The translations under genes and the position numbers were made by a program. Below are positions 1 to 11,588 of a stretch of DNA of 64,000 nucleotides, piece after piece (position 1 is the stretch's first letter; each line of letters opens with the position of its first letter). Location of the stretch: contig NIVC01000542.1 of assembly GCA_002269645.1 (NCBI GenBank), positions 124,001 to 188,000 of the forward strand, written 5' to 3'. This stretch comes from Macrostomum lignano (taxonomy: Eukaryota). The notes beneath the pieces are model-generated. The model was not told the origin of the DNA. It saw only the letters and a list, made by a program, of their open reading frames with translations, and ran no database searches.

Positions 1-294
1 CCCGGTCCAAGTCTTGCAGCGCATCCAAACTGGCTCAAGTTTGGCTAAGTCAGCGGGGGGCAGCCAGTTTTGTGTGCTCAGTGCAGCCGGGGAATCGGTT
101 TGTATTGGGACTGGGACGGAGCTGCGGGCTTGCAAGCTCTGTTTAGTTGCACAGCAGTTCAAGAGCTGGGCCGCTAATTAGCGCATTAATTACTGAACTG
201 AAACACTTCGTTCTACAGTCATTATCTAGTAAATAACTTTACTAGACTGAATTCTTAGGCTCTTGAAGGCATCCACTATGGTGAAAGTCCCAGC

Positions 295-1375
295 AACTGA
301 GAATCTGGAAGTTGTGGTGGCCCAGTAACTGAGGATCTGGGAGTTGTGGTGGCCTAGCAACTGAGGATCTGGGAGTTGTGGTGGCCCAGCAACTGAGGAT
401 CTAGGGGTGGTGGTCTAGCAACTGAGGATCTGGGAGCTGTGGTAGTCTAGCAACTGAGGATCTAGGGGTGGTGGCCTAGCAACTGAGGATCTAGGGGTGG
501 TGGCCTAGCAACTGAGGATCTAGGGGTGGTGGCTTCGCAACTGAGGATCTAGGGGTGGTGGCTTCGAAACTGAGGATCTGGGAGTTGTGGTGGCCTAGCA
601 ACTGAGGATCTGGGAGTTGTGGTCGCCCAGCAACTGAGGATCTGGGAGTTGTGGTGGCTTAGCAACTGAGGATCTAGGGGTGGTGGCCTAGCAACTGAGG
701 ATCTAGGGGTGGTAGCCTAGCAACTGAGGATCTAGGGGTGGTAGCCTAGCAACTGAGGATCTAGGGGTGGTAGCCTAGCAACTGAGGATCTAGGGGTGGT
801 GGCCTAGCAACTGAGGATCTAGGGGTGGTGGCTTCGAAACTGAGGATCTGGGAGTTGTGGTGGCCTAGCAACTGAGGATCTGGGAGTTGTGGTCGCCCAG
901 CAACTGAGGATCTGGGAGTTGTGGTGGCTTAGCAACTGAGGATCTGGGAGTTGTGGTGGCCTAGCAACTGAGGATCTGGGAGTTGTGGTGGCCCAGCAAC
1001 TGAGGATCTGGGAGTTGTGGTGGCCCAGCAACTGAGGATCTGGGAGTTGTGGTGGCCCAGCAACTGAGGATCTAGGGGTGGTGGTCTAGCAACTGAGGAT
1101 CTGGGAGTTGTGGTGGCCCAGCAACTGAGGATCTAGGGGTGGTGGTCTAGCAACTGAGGATCTGGGAGTTATGGTGGTCTAGCAACTGAGGATCTAGGGG
1201 TGGTGGCCTAGCAACTGAGGATCTGGGAATTGTGGTGGCCTAGCAACAGAGGATCTGGGAGTTGTGGTGGCCTAACAACTGAGGATCTAGGGGTGGTGGC
1301 CTAGCAACTGAGGATCTAGGGGTGGTGGCCTAGCAACTAAGGACCTAATGGTTGGCAGTGGATCAGCAATTGAGG
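295..1375. repeat. Minisatellite, 29-32 bp unit (CAACTGAGGATCTGGGAGTTGTGGTGGCCTAG / CAACTGAGGATCTAGGGGTGGTGGCCTAG)
   Basis: Directly visible tandem units of two length variants with degenerate copies at both edges. Confidence 0.95.
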
Positions 1376-4300
1376 ATCTAAGAAGGCAAATTATAGCAAA
1401 AGGCAGACTATTAGGTGCAACTAAGAATCTGGAAGGTTTGTAGCCCACAAAAGAAAGGTTATTTTAGAGAAAGATAGACCAATATCAGTGAATACATTTA
1501 AAGGGACTTGAAATTTTAAATCAGTTGAATATGAACAATGGGTATTTTTAATAATAAAAGGTTTTAGATTGCTTTCTTTGATAGCAATATAAAATAAATT
1601 AATTTTGTATATAAATTATCAAATATTTTAAAAGCATATAAAGCTGAACATGATTGGGTAAGATTGGGTTATAGCACGTAGGAATATAATTAGTCTACTA
1701 TTTATAGAATTGAAAACCTATAAAAGGATCAATAGACCAAAGAATAGTGTTAATAATGATACTTTATTAGTTTATTTTGAATATTTTGCACAATTTGCTA
1801 CTAGGTCATAATAAATTTTGGAATTAAAATATAAATGCTTATTTTACAAAGAGATATCTTTTTATTTTATTGGATAATTAGGAATGAATCCTTTTTATAG
1901 TCTAAGAGCCTTTATGCTAGAAAATGTTAACATTTTTGCTCCTTTTTAAGAAGAACTTGTTTTTATAGAATTTACATGTCTAATATTGGTATATACACCA
2001 TTATTATATATACCAATATTGGGCAATAAATAATAATAGGTTAATTATATAAATTAATAAAACTATTTTTTTATCAAAGAAAGCTCTTTCAAACATAAAT
2101 AGAAACTAAAATGAAAATAGTATATAACTTTGTGTTACTTTGTTAAAATTATCTGATTTTTTTCTGGTCTTTGCCTAAGGGGGAGGGGGAACTACCCCCT
2201 ATACCCCTTGGTTGCACTAATTTCACTATGCCTAGGCCTAGTACAATTAAAATATACAACTATAAAGACAGTCTATATGCATTGATCTATATATGCCCAA
2301 AATTTAAATTTTATCCAATTGATACAACTTAGTTTTCCCCAAAGATTGCAATTTAGTTGCATCTGGCTGAGACATAGGCCTAGCCTAGTCTCTGTTTTTT
2401 GTTTCTTTCCTTTTGTTTTGTTTACTTTTCTCTTTCGTTTCCTTTCTTTTTCTCTCCTCTTTTGCCTTTCAAGTTTTTCTTTTTTCCCTTTTGATTTTCA
2501 TCCAAATTTATTTTTGGGTTAGCATTTTTGCAACTTACCTTGGTTAGACCTCTTATCACCTGGCCAAATCAGCCAGGTGTTGGGTTTGTATGCATTGTTC
2601 AATTAAATAGTTATATTTATAGCTGATTTGATTGTCATGACTTATGACTCATGTCATATACAAATATATCATTGATTAATACTTAGAATTTTAATGCCAA
2701 CTCAAGACAATTTTTAAAAAGGAAATTTATCTTTAAGGCTCAAAAATCAATTTTGTTATTAGTCACAAAATTGCCAAGCAAGGTAGGTACAAAGCGCCAG
2801 CGGCCCAGCGCAGCACAAAGGCATAAGCTAATTTTAGCTAACTGCTAGTGCTAACAAAGGCTTTTTTAGGACCAAGATTGAGTTCTAAGAGTTATTTATA
2901 ACGGAATTCTTTCTAAAGTACCGATAACACCGAGTAACTCTTTTTGCCTTGGCTAAAAACTAACAAGTAGGTAGGCCCTAGTTATTATTATACTATACCC
3001 AAAAATCTACGCGCGATAACTGATAACAGTGATAATTTAAAAAGTGTGCCACATGAGGAATTTAAAACGACGATTCAGAATAAATCATTAAAACACAATG
3101 AAATCAGACTTCAGATTTTTGAAAAAAAATTGATTCGACACAAATTTTTTAGTAAAGGTCCTTTTTAAGAGATTTGGTAGGAAAATGAACCCTTCGTAAA
3201 GAGGCGCTAATAACTAGATTGCCTCCTTATGGCGGCTTGCTTGCATGTATGTCTGCGGTCGAGTATAAACTTCCAGGATTCCTTCGTAATGCACAGACTG
3301 GCTATGAGTATTTGTAATTTAGGCATACAGTACTTATTTTTACGGTACTATTGTACAATAGGATTTAAAGCTAGTATACAATGTTGATTTACAAAAGAAA
3401 AAAATAGAAACTCAGCTTCTGATCTTCTATCCATGTCTGCAGCTGCAACAGCACTCGACTCTTACAGTCTGTAGCTGGACGTGATTAAGCAATTGGAAGA
3501 AAATTTACAAATGGATTTAAGATTCGATAATGAACTGAATTTGCTATATTTCTGCTGTAGCACTTATTTTCGAGGTAAGATCCATGTGTAGATCGAGGGT
3601 TCTATGATATTTTCCTGTCGGCAAATTACTTGCCGAAGTTTGCCCACACGAAGTTTTTCAGCGGCAAAATTTTCAATATTAATCTCAATTATATAAATCT
3701 TTGGCAGTTTAGCACAGCAATGATTCAAATGTCCCTGCAATATCCTAGGGCCTAAGATCTATTTTAAAATCTATATTAGCTATTGAATGCTAGCTAGTAC
3801 AGTAAGTACACACTGCTATACCACCTGTAATATAAAAGTTTGAAGTCGCAAATACTTCATACATGCACACACAGCTCACTTGATCAGTCTTGATTTTGTC
3901 TGGCCGGGGATCGAAGACAACTGAGGGCTGAGACATGCCAGGTATCTCGTTAAATCTAGCTGGGGATCTCGCATCACGCGCGTCCTTGACTTGGGATTGC
4001 CTAGCAGTCGAATGACGTCTCCTGTCCAGCCGTACTGTGATTGGCTAATAAAATGGGGTGGGTTTGGGTGTAAGTGGATGGGCAAAATGGAAAAGTCACG
4101 AGTAGGAAATAAGTTTGCGGGAATGGGAGTTCATTGGGTTGGAAGAAAAATGTACGAGCGTATGGGGATGAAAAGGAGCAGGTAAAGCGATAGGGATGAG
4201 TTATCCGATGAGTCATCGAGGAGGGACCTGGATATCCCAGGTCTATAGATTTGAGTACACGCGAACCTGAGAGAGATAACAAAAAGTTCGACCTGGACCG

Positions 4301-4716
4301 TTGTCTCATAAGATACATGTACATGTGCATATGCACCCAGAGCTGGAGAATTAATTGCACACAGCTGTTGTATGTATGCGTGCAACTCCATCAATACCGA
4401 ATGATAAAATTGAAAAATAGAAATTGATGCTGAAACCGTGTGGCGAAATTTTTCAAAATAAAAGTGCATACCGGTACGCAGCGAAAAAAATATGCGGCAA
4501 TCATTATATTTTTGCGTTGCCATTCATGCTTGCTGTTTTACAGTTTTTTTAAAGGATTTGCAAATGATTTGACAAAAAACAGTGGAACCAAAAATAGACA
4601 ACTTCTGCCCTCTTCAAGGATCAATGGGCTGGTCTATCAGGAAAAAAAAACAGGCCCAAATGCGACTGGCTTTCCAGACTCGGTGGTCAATATGCGGTAT
4701 TCGCTGCAGCCATGCC

Positions 4717-6243
4717 TCACTGGTACACGCACAGGTCGCCGCTCTCCGACATGGGCGGATCGAGCATCCGCATGGCAACCTGAACCTGCTGGCCGTGGAT
4801 GAACTGGCCGTTCAGACTGAAAACAGCGCCAGCAGCGGACTGGTAGTTGTTGAAGGTTACATAAACCGTCAGCGACATCTGCATGTGCAGTGCCGAAGCC
4901 GAGGAGCCGTTGTCTCCTGGCGCAGTTGAGTTAATTGCCTCTTCTGCAGCGGTTGGCTCCGGCGATTGCTGCGAAAGCTGCTGCGCCGACGGCTCCCCTG
5001 TCACGCCGTTGCAGCCTGCGTCGTCTTTCGCTTCGCCGGAATTTCCACTGCCTTCGCTGCCTCCGCCTCCGGGATCCGCCTCGTTGCCGATGCCAGCGCA
5101 GTCTTCGCCGGAGGCGTAGCCGGAAGCGGACGCATCAGCCTGAGACTCGGTGCTGGTTGGATCAACAACCGGCGGCGGAGGCGGTGGCGGAGGCTGCGGC
5201 AGCGGCTCGGGCCTGGCCACGGAGAACTCCAGAATGCCGCCGAACGGCGCAAAGAGGCCGTAGAGCTGCAAGTCGTCCAGCATCGGGCTGAGGTTTGAAG
5301 CGCAGACACGAAACTCCATGTAGGCTGGCGGCGGCGGCGGTGGTGGCGGCTGCGGCTGCGGCAGCAGCAGCGGACCCGTTGGCAGCGGGTAAGCGAGGGC
5401 TGCACGCATGAGAGGGTGCGGGCATTGGTACTGCAGCATGGGCTGCTGCTGGCAGCACCCCCACATCTGCTGCGGCTGTACCAGCATCTGCTGCTGCTGC
5501 TGCTGTTGCTGTTGTTCTGGGCAGCAGGCAGCTTGCTGCTGGTGCAACGGTTGCTGCTGCTGCTGCTGCACATAGCTGTTATGCTGCTGGTTCTGATGCG
5601 CTGGCTGCTGCTGCTGCTGCTGCAAATGAAGCGCAGGCGCTCTCACCTTTTTCTCGTTGGGGTGCGCGAACCGGATGTGGATTAGCGGCTCGGTTGTGTC
5701 CGGCCACGGCTTCTGGTTCATGGCCTCCATGGCCTGCGACGCGGCTGTGTGCGTCTCGAACAGGCAGAAGCCGATGCCGCGCGACCGGCCCTGCGGATCG
5801 GCCAGAATCTTACAACTGATGATGCCGCCGAAAGGAGCCAGAACCCGCCGGATGTCCTCGGCGGCGACCCAGGCTGGCAGGTTGGTCAGGTGCAGGCAGC
5901 AGTTTTTTGACTCGGCGCTCTGCAGCCGAGCGTAGGCGACTTTCAGCGTCTTGTGGTGCAGCCGGTGCCCGTTGAGGGTGTGAATGGCGCGCGAGGCGTC
6001 CTCTGGCAGGTAGAATTCGCAGAAGCCGAAGCCGAAGCTGTAGCCTGAGCGCTTGTCGCGACACACCTTGGCCCGCTTGACTGGCGCAACGCAGCTGAAC
6101 AGCGAGCGAAATTCATCGTCCGTGAGTCTCTGTGGCAAATAGTTCACTATGAGATTAGTGCGGGAATACTGAGCCATGTGGTGGAGTTCATGTAGCCCGT
6201 TTTTCCTCCTGTGGCCGTCCTGAGCGCTCGATGTCCCTAACAT
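4717..6243 (-). CDS. elav: ELAV/Hu/Sex-lethal-like RNA-binding protein, intronless CDS; RRM1, RRM2, poly-Q/P hinge, split RRM3
   Basis: TNLIVNYLPQ...GYSFGFGF...AIHTLNG.RL..KTLKVAYAR matches ELAV RRM1. RRM2 has SRGIGF...EPLIHIRFA. RRM3 halves are NLSP..DD..LYGLFAPFG and YVTFNNYQSA..AVFSLNG. First ATG at 6243 (the track ORF extends to a TTG at 6324). Probable 5'UTR intron 6319-6460 (AAG|GTAAGC...TTGCAG). Confidence 0.88.
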   Translation of the reverse strand: MLGTSSAQDGHRRKNGLHELHHMAQYSRTNLIVNYLPQRLTDDEFRSLFSCVAPVKRAKVCRDKRSGYSFGFGFCEFYLPEDASRAIHTLNGHRLHHKTLKVAYARLQSAESKNCCLHLTNLPAWVAAEDIRRVLAPFGGIISCKILADPQGRSRGIGFCLFETHTAASQAMEAMNQKPWPDTTEPLIHIRFAHPNEKKVRAPALHLQQQQQQPAHQNQQHNSYVQQQQQQPLHQQQAACCPEQQQQQQQQQMLVQPQQMWGCCQQQPMLQYQCPHPLMRAALAYPLPTGPLLLPQPQPPPPPPPPAYMEFRVCASNLSPMLDDLQLYGLFAPFGGILEFSVARPEPLPQPPPPPPPPVVDPTSTESQADASASGYASGEDCAGIGNEADPGGGGSEGSGNSGEAKDDAGCNGVTGEPSAQQLSQQSPEPTAAEEAINSTAPGDNGSSASALHMQMSLTVYVTFNNYQSAAGAVFSLNGQFIHGQQVQVAMRMLDPPMSESGDLCVYQ

Positions 6244-7076
6244 GAAATATGAGCCACGAGCTACGGTCCGCCAAGGCTGCTTACACTCGGTCTGATAGTG
6301 CAAAGGCAGATGCTGCCACTGCAAGCCAAGCTATTTGGTCAGAGGAAGTCAAAGAGGACTGACGGCAGTGTCTATGGTGCAAAGCGCGGCTGGCTCTCTG
6401 TGCTGCCGCTGCCGCAGATGCGAGCGTGCCAGAAGTGCAGCTGCGAATTTAATTGCTTACCTTGAGTTTCTTGAAAAAGTACTACGTGTAGCCCTGCCTC
6501 ACGTGCAGGTTGTGTGCTGCTTATTACTCGTACATATATGTACTCAGCAACATTGAAAAGTCGCCGCACTTCGCCCCAGTGAGCAGTGTCTTTCGAGCAG
6601 TGCCCATCACCTGGGCAACCATTTTGATATTAAAAATGCTGAAAAAACAATGAAGACCGGGCGGAAGCTTCAATCCATCCAATCTTCGCCCTCCGCTCTT
6701 CCCAATCCCTCATCACCCATCTCAACTGCGCACTCTTAAAGGTGGCGACTTTTTAACGTTATTGAGTATTCCCCATCTCTATGTATGCGCATCTCTCCTT
6801 TGAACTCATTGTAAATCAAGCCTCATCCTTTAATCAGACATCCTACTAGCCTAAATCAACTAGAAGCTGCATGTACAGTGTGGCATAAAATTACATTTAC
6901 ATTTACATTTACATTATGCTGTCACTGGTTACCACTCTGGTGAAAACCGCCTGTTCCTGCATGATCAGTGCTTGAGCATTTTGGCACACCTAAACTTGCA
7001 GTTGAGAAGCAGCCTCAATTTTTACCTGTTGCCCAATCAACCATTTAACCAGCTCGTGCATGTACAGAGTGTGTTG

Positions 7077-8360
7077 GCAGTATTCCCCACCCCGCTATTC
7101 CCCACCCGCTATTCCCCACCCCGCTATTCCCCACCCGCTATTCCCCACCCGCTATTCCCCACCCCGATATTCCCCACCCCGCTATTCCCAACCCCGCTAT
7201 TCCCCACCCCGATATTCCCCACCCCGATATTCCCCACCCGCTATTCCCCACCCCGATATTCCCCATCCCACCCCGATATTCCCCACCCCACCCCGCTATT
7301 CCCCACCCGCTATTCCCCACCCGCTATTCCCCACCCCGATATTCCCCACCCCGATATTCCCCACCCGCTATTCCCCACCCCGATATTCCCCATCCCACCC
7401 CGATATTCCCCACCCCACTCCGCTATTCCCCACCCGATATTCCCCACCCCGATATTCCCCACTCCGCTATTCCCCACCCCGATATTCCCCACCCGATATT
7501 CCCCACCCCGATATTCCCCACCCCGATATTCCCTATCCCGATATTCCCCACCCCGATATTCCCCACTCCGCTATTCCCCACTCCGCTATTCCCCACTCCG
7601 CTATTCCCCACCCCGATATTCCCCACCCCGATATTTCCACACCCGCTATTCCCCAGCCGCTATTCTCCACCCCGATATTCCCCACCCCGCTATTCCTAAC
7701 CCCGATATTCCCCACCCCGATATTCCCCACCCCGATATTCCCCACCCGATATTCCCCACCCGCTATTCCCCACCCCGATATTCCCCACCCCGATATTCCC
7801 CACCCGCTATTCCCCACCCCGATATTCCCCACCCACCCCGCTATTCCCCACCCGCTATTCCCCACCCGCTATTCCCCACCCGCTATTCCCCAGCCCGCTA
7901 TTCCCCACTCCGCTATTCCCCACTCCGCTATTCCCCACCCGCTATTCCCCACCCGCTATTCCCCAGCCCGCTATTCCCCACTCCGCTATTCCCCACCCGC
8001 TATTCCCCACCCGCTATTCCCCACCCGCTATTCCCCACCCGCTATTCCCCACCCGCTATTCCCCAGCCCGCTATTCCCCACTCCGCTATTCCCCACCCGC
8101 TATTCCCCAGCCCGCTATTCCCCACTCCGCTATTCCCCACTCCGCTATTCCCCACTCCGCTATTCCCCACCCGCTATTCCCCACCCCGATATTCCCCACC
8201 CCGATATTCCCCACCCCGATATTTCCACACCCGCTATTCCCCACCCGATATTCCCCACCCCGCTATTCCCCACCCGATATTCCCCACCCCGATATTCCCC
8301 ACCCACCCCGCTATTCCCCACCCGCTATTCCCCACCCCGCTATTCCCCACCCCGGTATTT
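7077..8360. repeat. C-rich minisatellite, 15-16 bp unit CCCGCTATTCCCCAC
   Basis: Directly visible tandem array, intergenic. Confidence 0.95.
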
Positions 8361-8649
8361 CCACATCAACGTTTTCCATCCCATGTTAATGACTGCTTAG
8401 TTTATTTTCTATTCGGTTTAATTAATTTCAAGCTTCAAGATTGAAAACAAAATCCAAAATGATCAAAATGAGAGCATTTTAGCGGGTTTTTATTCGAGTA
8501 GCAACATGAATTTGTTAAAACTAACACGTACGTTAAAGCTATAGAGAGCGCGATGCAGTTAGGCTTTAAAATTACTGATAAATAAATAGATTTACATGTT
8601 CGTCTATCTGTCGCTAATGGAAGCACTTTTACATCAAATCTCGGCGCGG

Positions 8650-11311
8650 TCACTGCAAGTTGGCTGCGTCAGCTGCGTCACCGGCCCGGAGCCTCGCGTA
8701 CGCATCGAATGTCTCTTTGAACTTCTCCGAGCTGCTCGCCAGCTGCCGCCTGAACTCCAGCAGCTGGTCGTCGAATTCCGGCAGCTCGGTGCCGCCCCGC
8801 ACCAGCTGGTTGTTCTTGTGGGCCTCGTAGTGGAACTGCGGCGTCCTGAGTTCGAACCTGAGTAATTTTAGTAGTTTCTCAAGTATCATACGCAGACTCT
8901 TAAGGATTACCTGAACAAGGCTACTCTGCGCCGCTCACCACTTTCTCTTCGGCGGTGCCGTCTCCTCCAGCTGCTGCTGCCGCTTCACCTCCAGCAGGAG
9001 CTCCTCCTCGATGCGCAGCCGCTGCATGCGAAGTCTGGCGAGCTCCACTGAGTAGGGCGAGGACACGAACACCTCGGCTGCGGCTGCGAGGGTGAAGGAG
9101 CGGTCAGATATAGTCTGCAAGTCATATTCCGAAAGTGCTAGCAATGCCCAACGCTATTTTGGTTTTCGGATTTATTATACTTCAGGTTTGTGATGGCGAC
9201 CTCAGAATTGGTGCAACAGAGTGCCAGAATTGGTGCAACAGAGTGCCAGAATTGGTGCAACAGAGTGCCAGAATTGGTGCAACAGAGTGCCAGAATTGGT
9301 GCAACAGAGTGCCAGAATTGGTGCAACAGAGTGCCGGAATTGGTGCAACAGAGCGCCAGACCAGAGTGCCAGACCTGGAGCTCACCAGTGCCTGGCGCGG
9401 TCTCCGCCATCAGGAGCTGGCGCTGCTGACGGGCCGCCGGCAGCGCATCGGCCAGATGGTCGCCAACGGAGCGGAAAGTCGGGACGAAGTCGTCTGCGTT
9501 GTGCGGAGTCCGCAGGCGCCACGGGTCGGGCGGGTAGGGCAGGCCGCTGCCGGGCGGAGAGAAGGTCAGTCGGGGGTCGGCGGTCCCGGCGGTCCCGGCG
9601 GCCTCGATCTGCTCGCGCAGGCGGTAGGAGGCGCCCAGGGTGGCGGGGAAGTGCACAGCGGCCAGCGGATCAAAGTCCACGGGCCGCGCCGGCCGCTGAC
9701 CATCTGAGGCCGGCGCTGGCTGGCGGTCCTTGCCGGTCAGAGCAGCGGTCCGACTGATGTCCGAGGCAGCCAGCAGGCCGCCCAGGAGGCCCTCACGTCG
9801 CTCGTCAGGCGTGGCCACCGGTCGTTCCGGCAGGCCGTCAAGCCGGTTCACCGGGTATTCACCAGTGACCAGGTAGCGCGGCGCTTTCAGATACCACCGG
9901 TCTTCTTCTGGGGGCACCGGCGATCGCTGATTGCTCAGCCGGTGCTGCTGCAGGTCCTCGCGGGTCTGCAGCGGTGAGTTGTTACACCCTCTGTCTTGGG
10001 ACTCGGAGATTGTGCAGCAAGCCATGAGTTGTTACACCCTCTGTCTTGGGACTCGGAGATTGTACAGCAAGCCATGAGTTGTTACACCCTCTGTCTTGGG
10101 ACTCGGAGATTGTACAGCAAGCCATGAGTTGTTACACCCTCTGTCTTGGGACTCGGAGATTTTACAGCAAGCCATGAGTTGTTACACCCTCTGTTTTGGG
10201 ACTCGGAGATTGTACAGCAAGCCATGAGTTGTTACACCCTCTGTCTTGGGACTCGGAGATGTACAGCAAGCCGCTGGCTAATTTATTTTGTTCACGAGCC
10301 CCAAATTTATGCTGCATCAAACCCAGGTAAGTCGGCGCTTAAGTCAGACGCGTTAATCCTAAGTAACCCCCTCCCCCCAAGTTACCTGCTGAGACAGTGG
10401 ATTTCGCGCACTTCGTGTCGGCGAGGACTTTTTAGGCTCCTGCGGCTTAGTGGTAGTAGCCGAGGTCCGAGCTTCTCGCAGTTCTCGAGTTTTCTTTGCA
10501 AAAGTCACGTGACTGGCCTGAGGTGTTTGGCCGCTCAAGCCGTTCTGGAGCTGCGGCTGCCTGAGTGAGCAGAGTTGGAGTTGGTGGAGGGTAGCGGTGA
10601 TGGGTTAGTGAGGGTGATGGGTGAGTGAGGGTGATGGGTGAGTGAGGGTGATGGGTGAGTGAGGGTGATGGGTGAGTGAGGGTGATGGGTGAGTGAGGGT
10701 GATGGGTGAGTGAGGGTGATGGGTGAGTGAGGGTGATGGGTGAGTGAGGGTGATGGGTGAGTGAGGGTGATGGGTGAGTGAGGGTGATGGGTGAGTGAGG
10801 GTGATGGGTGAGTGAGGGTGATGGGTGAGTGAGGGTGATGGGTGAGTGAGGGTGATGGGTGAGTGAGGGTGATGGGTGAGTGAGGGTGATGGGTGAGTGA
10901 GGGTGATGGGTGAGTGAGGGTGATGGGTGAGTGAGGGTGATGGGTGAGTGAGGGTGATGGGTGAGTGAGGGTGATGGGTGAGTGAGGGTGATGGGTGAGT
11001 GAGGGTGATGGGTGAGTGAGGGTGATGGGTGAGTGAGGGTGATGGGTGAGTGAGGGTGATGGGTGAGCGAGGTTGATGGGTGAGAGAGATTGAAAGGAAT
11101 TCAAGGAGTGCCATGAGGAGTTCAGGGAGGGCGATCAGGAGTTCAGGGAGGGCGATGAGGAGTTCAGGGAGGGCGATGAGGAGTTCAGGGAGGGCGATGA
11201 GGAGTTCAGGGAGGGCGATGAGGATTTCAGGGAGAGCAGTCAAAGGCCTCACCTCAGCTCGGTCTTCAGTCCGCGCAGGCAAAAGTCGTCCCCGACTGCA
11301 TCGGCGGCCAT
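8650..11311 (-). CDS. Uncharacterised protein (~418 aa, 6 exons) with a C-terminal coiled-coil-like segment
   Basis: Phase-consistent model: 11253-11311 (ATG), 10386-10560, 10238-10273, 9386-9965, 8939-9137, 8650-8857 (TGA); 1257 nt; all introns GT-AG. C-terminus SPYSVELARLRMQRLRIEEELLLEVKRQQQLEE.PPKRKWFELRTPQFHYEAHKNN. Family not recognised. The 36-nt exon has a weak donor (GTGTAA). Confidence 0.68.
9203..9372. repeat. Intronic minisatellite, 22 bp unit GAATTGGTGCAACAGAGTGCCA
   Basis: About 7 tandem copies inside intron 9138-9385. Confidence 0.9.
9974..10272. repeat. Minisatellite, 50 bp unit x6, containing a copy of the putative 36-nt exon and its donor
   Basis: Unit GAGTTGTTACACCCTCTGTCTTGGGACTCGGAGATTGTACAGCAAGCCAT repeated head to tail without spacers. 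Confidence 0.92.
10600..11082. repeat. Intronic minisatellite, 17 bp unit GGGTGAGTGAGGGTGAT
   Basis: Near-perfect tandem array in intron 10561-11252. Confidence 0.95.
11110..11232. repeat. Intronic minisatellite, 21 bp unit GGAGTTCAGGGAGGGCGATGA
   Basis: About 6 copies, same intron as the 17-mer array. Confidence 0.9.
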
Positions 11312-11588
11312 CTGAAAGATCCCAATAAATTTTGAGCATTGAAGGTGCGAATCTGCATGAACCAATTCTCCAAGGCACCACTGGGCGCATACGGCACCCC
11401 CAGTGCTGTCACTTCCTAGGCCTCAATCCTGTACTCTTATCTATTTATAGTCGTTCAAGAAATAATCAGACTCGACAAGAAAGCATTGGAAAAAGCGCAT
11501 AGAAGGTCACGAAGTGAACAAGTTTGTATTTAAGTTGCGATAGCAACGACAGTCAGTTGGGATCGTCAGGTTTGGCCAGCCGGCGGTC

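Noticed and set aside
1430-3800. AT-rich region as a possible decayed DNA transposon; likewise 28500-31500 with weak inverted similarity between ~29500-29590 and ~30340-30440
   Set aside because: No transposase frame, clear TIR pair or TSD could be identified by eye.
4883-6064. Multiple overlapping plus- and minus-strand ORFs across the ELAV CDS; likewise across the HELZ2-like exons
   Set aside because: Shadow ORFs typical of GC-rich coding DNA, with no independent domain signal.
6972-8444. Pro-rich ORFs (RYSPP/AIPHP)n resembling extensin or RNA Pol II CTD-like repeats
   Set aside because: Derived from a 15/16-bp non-triplet minisatellite with mixed unit lengths, open only because the C-rich strand lacks stops.
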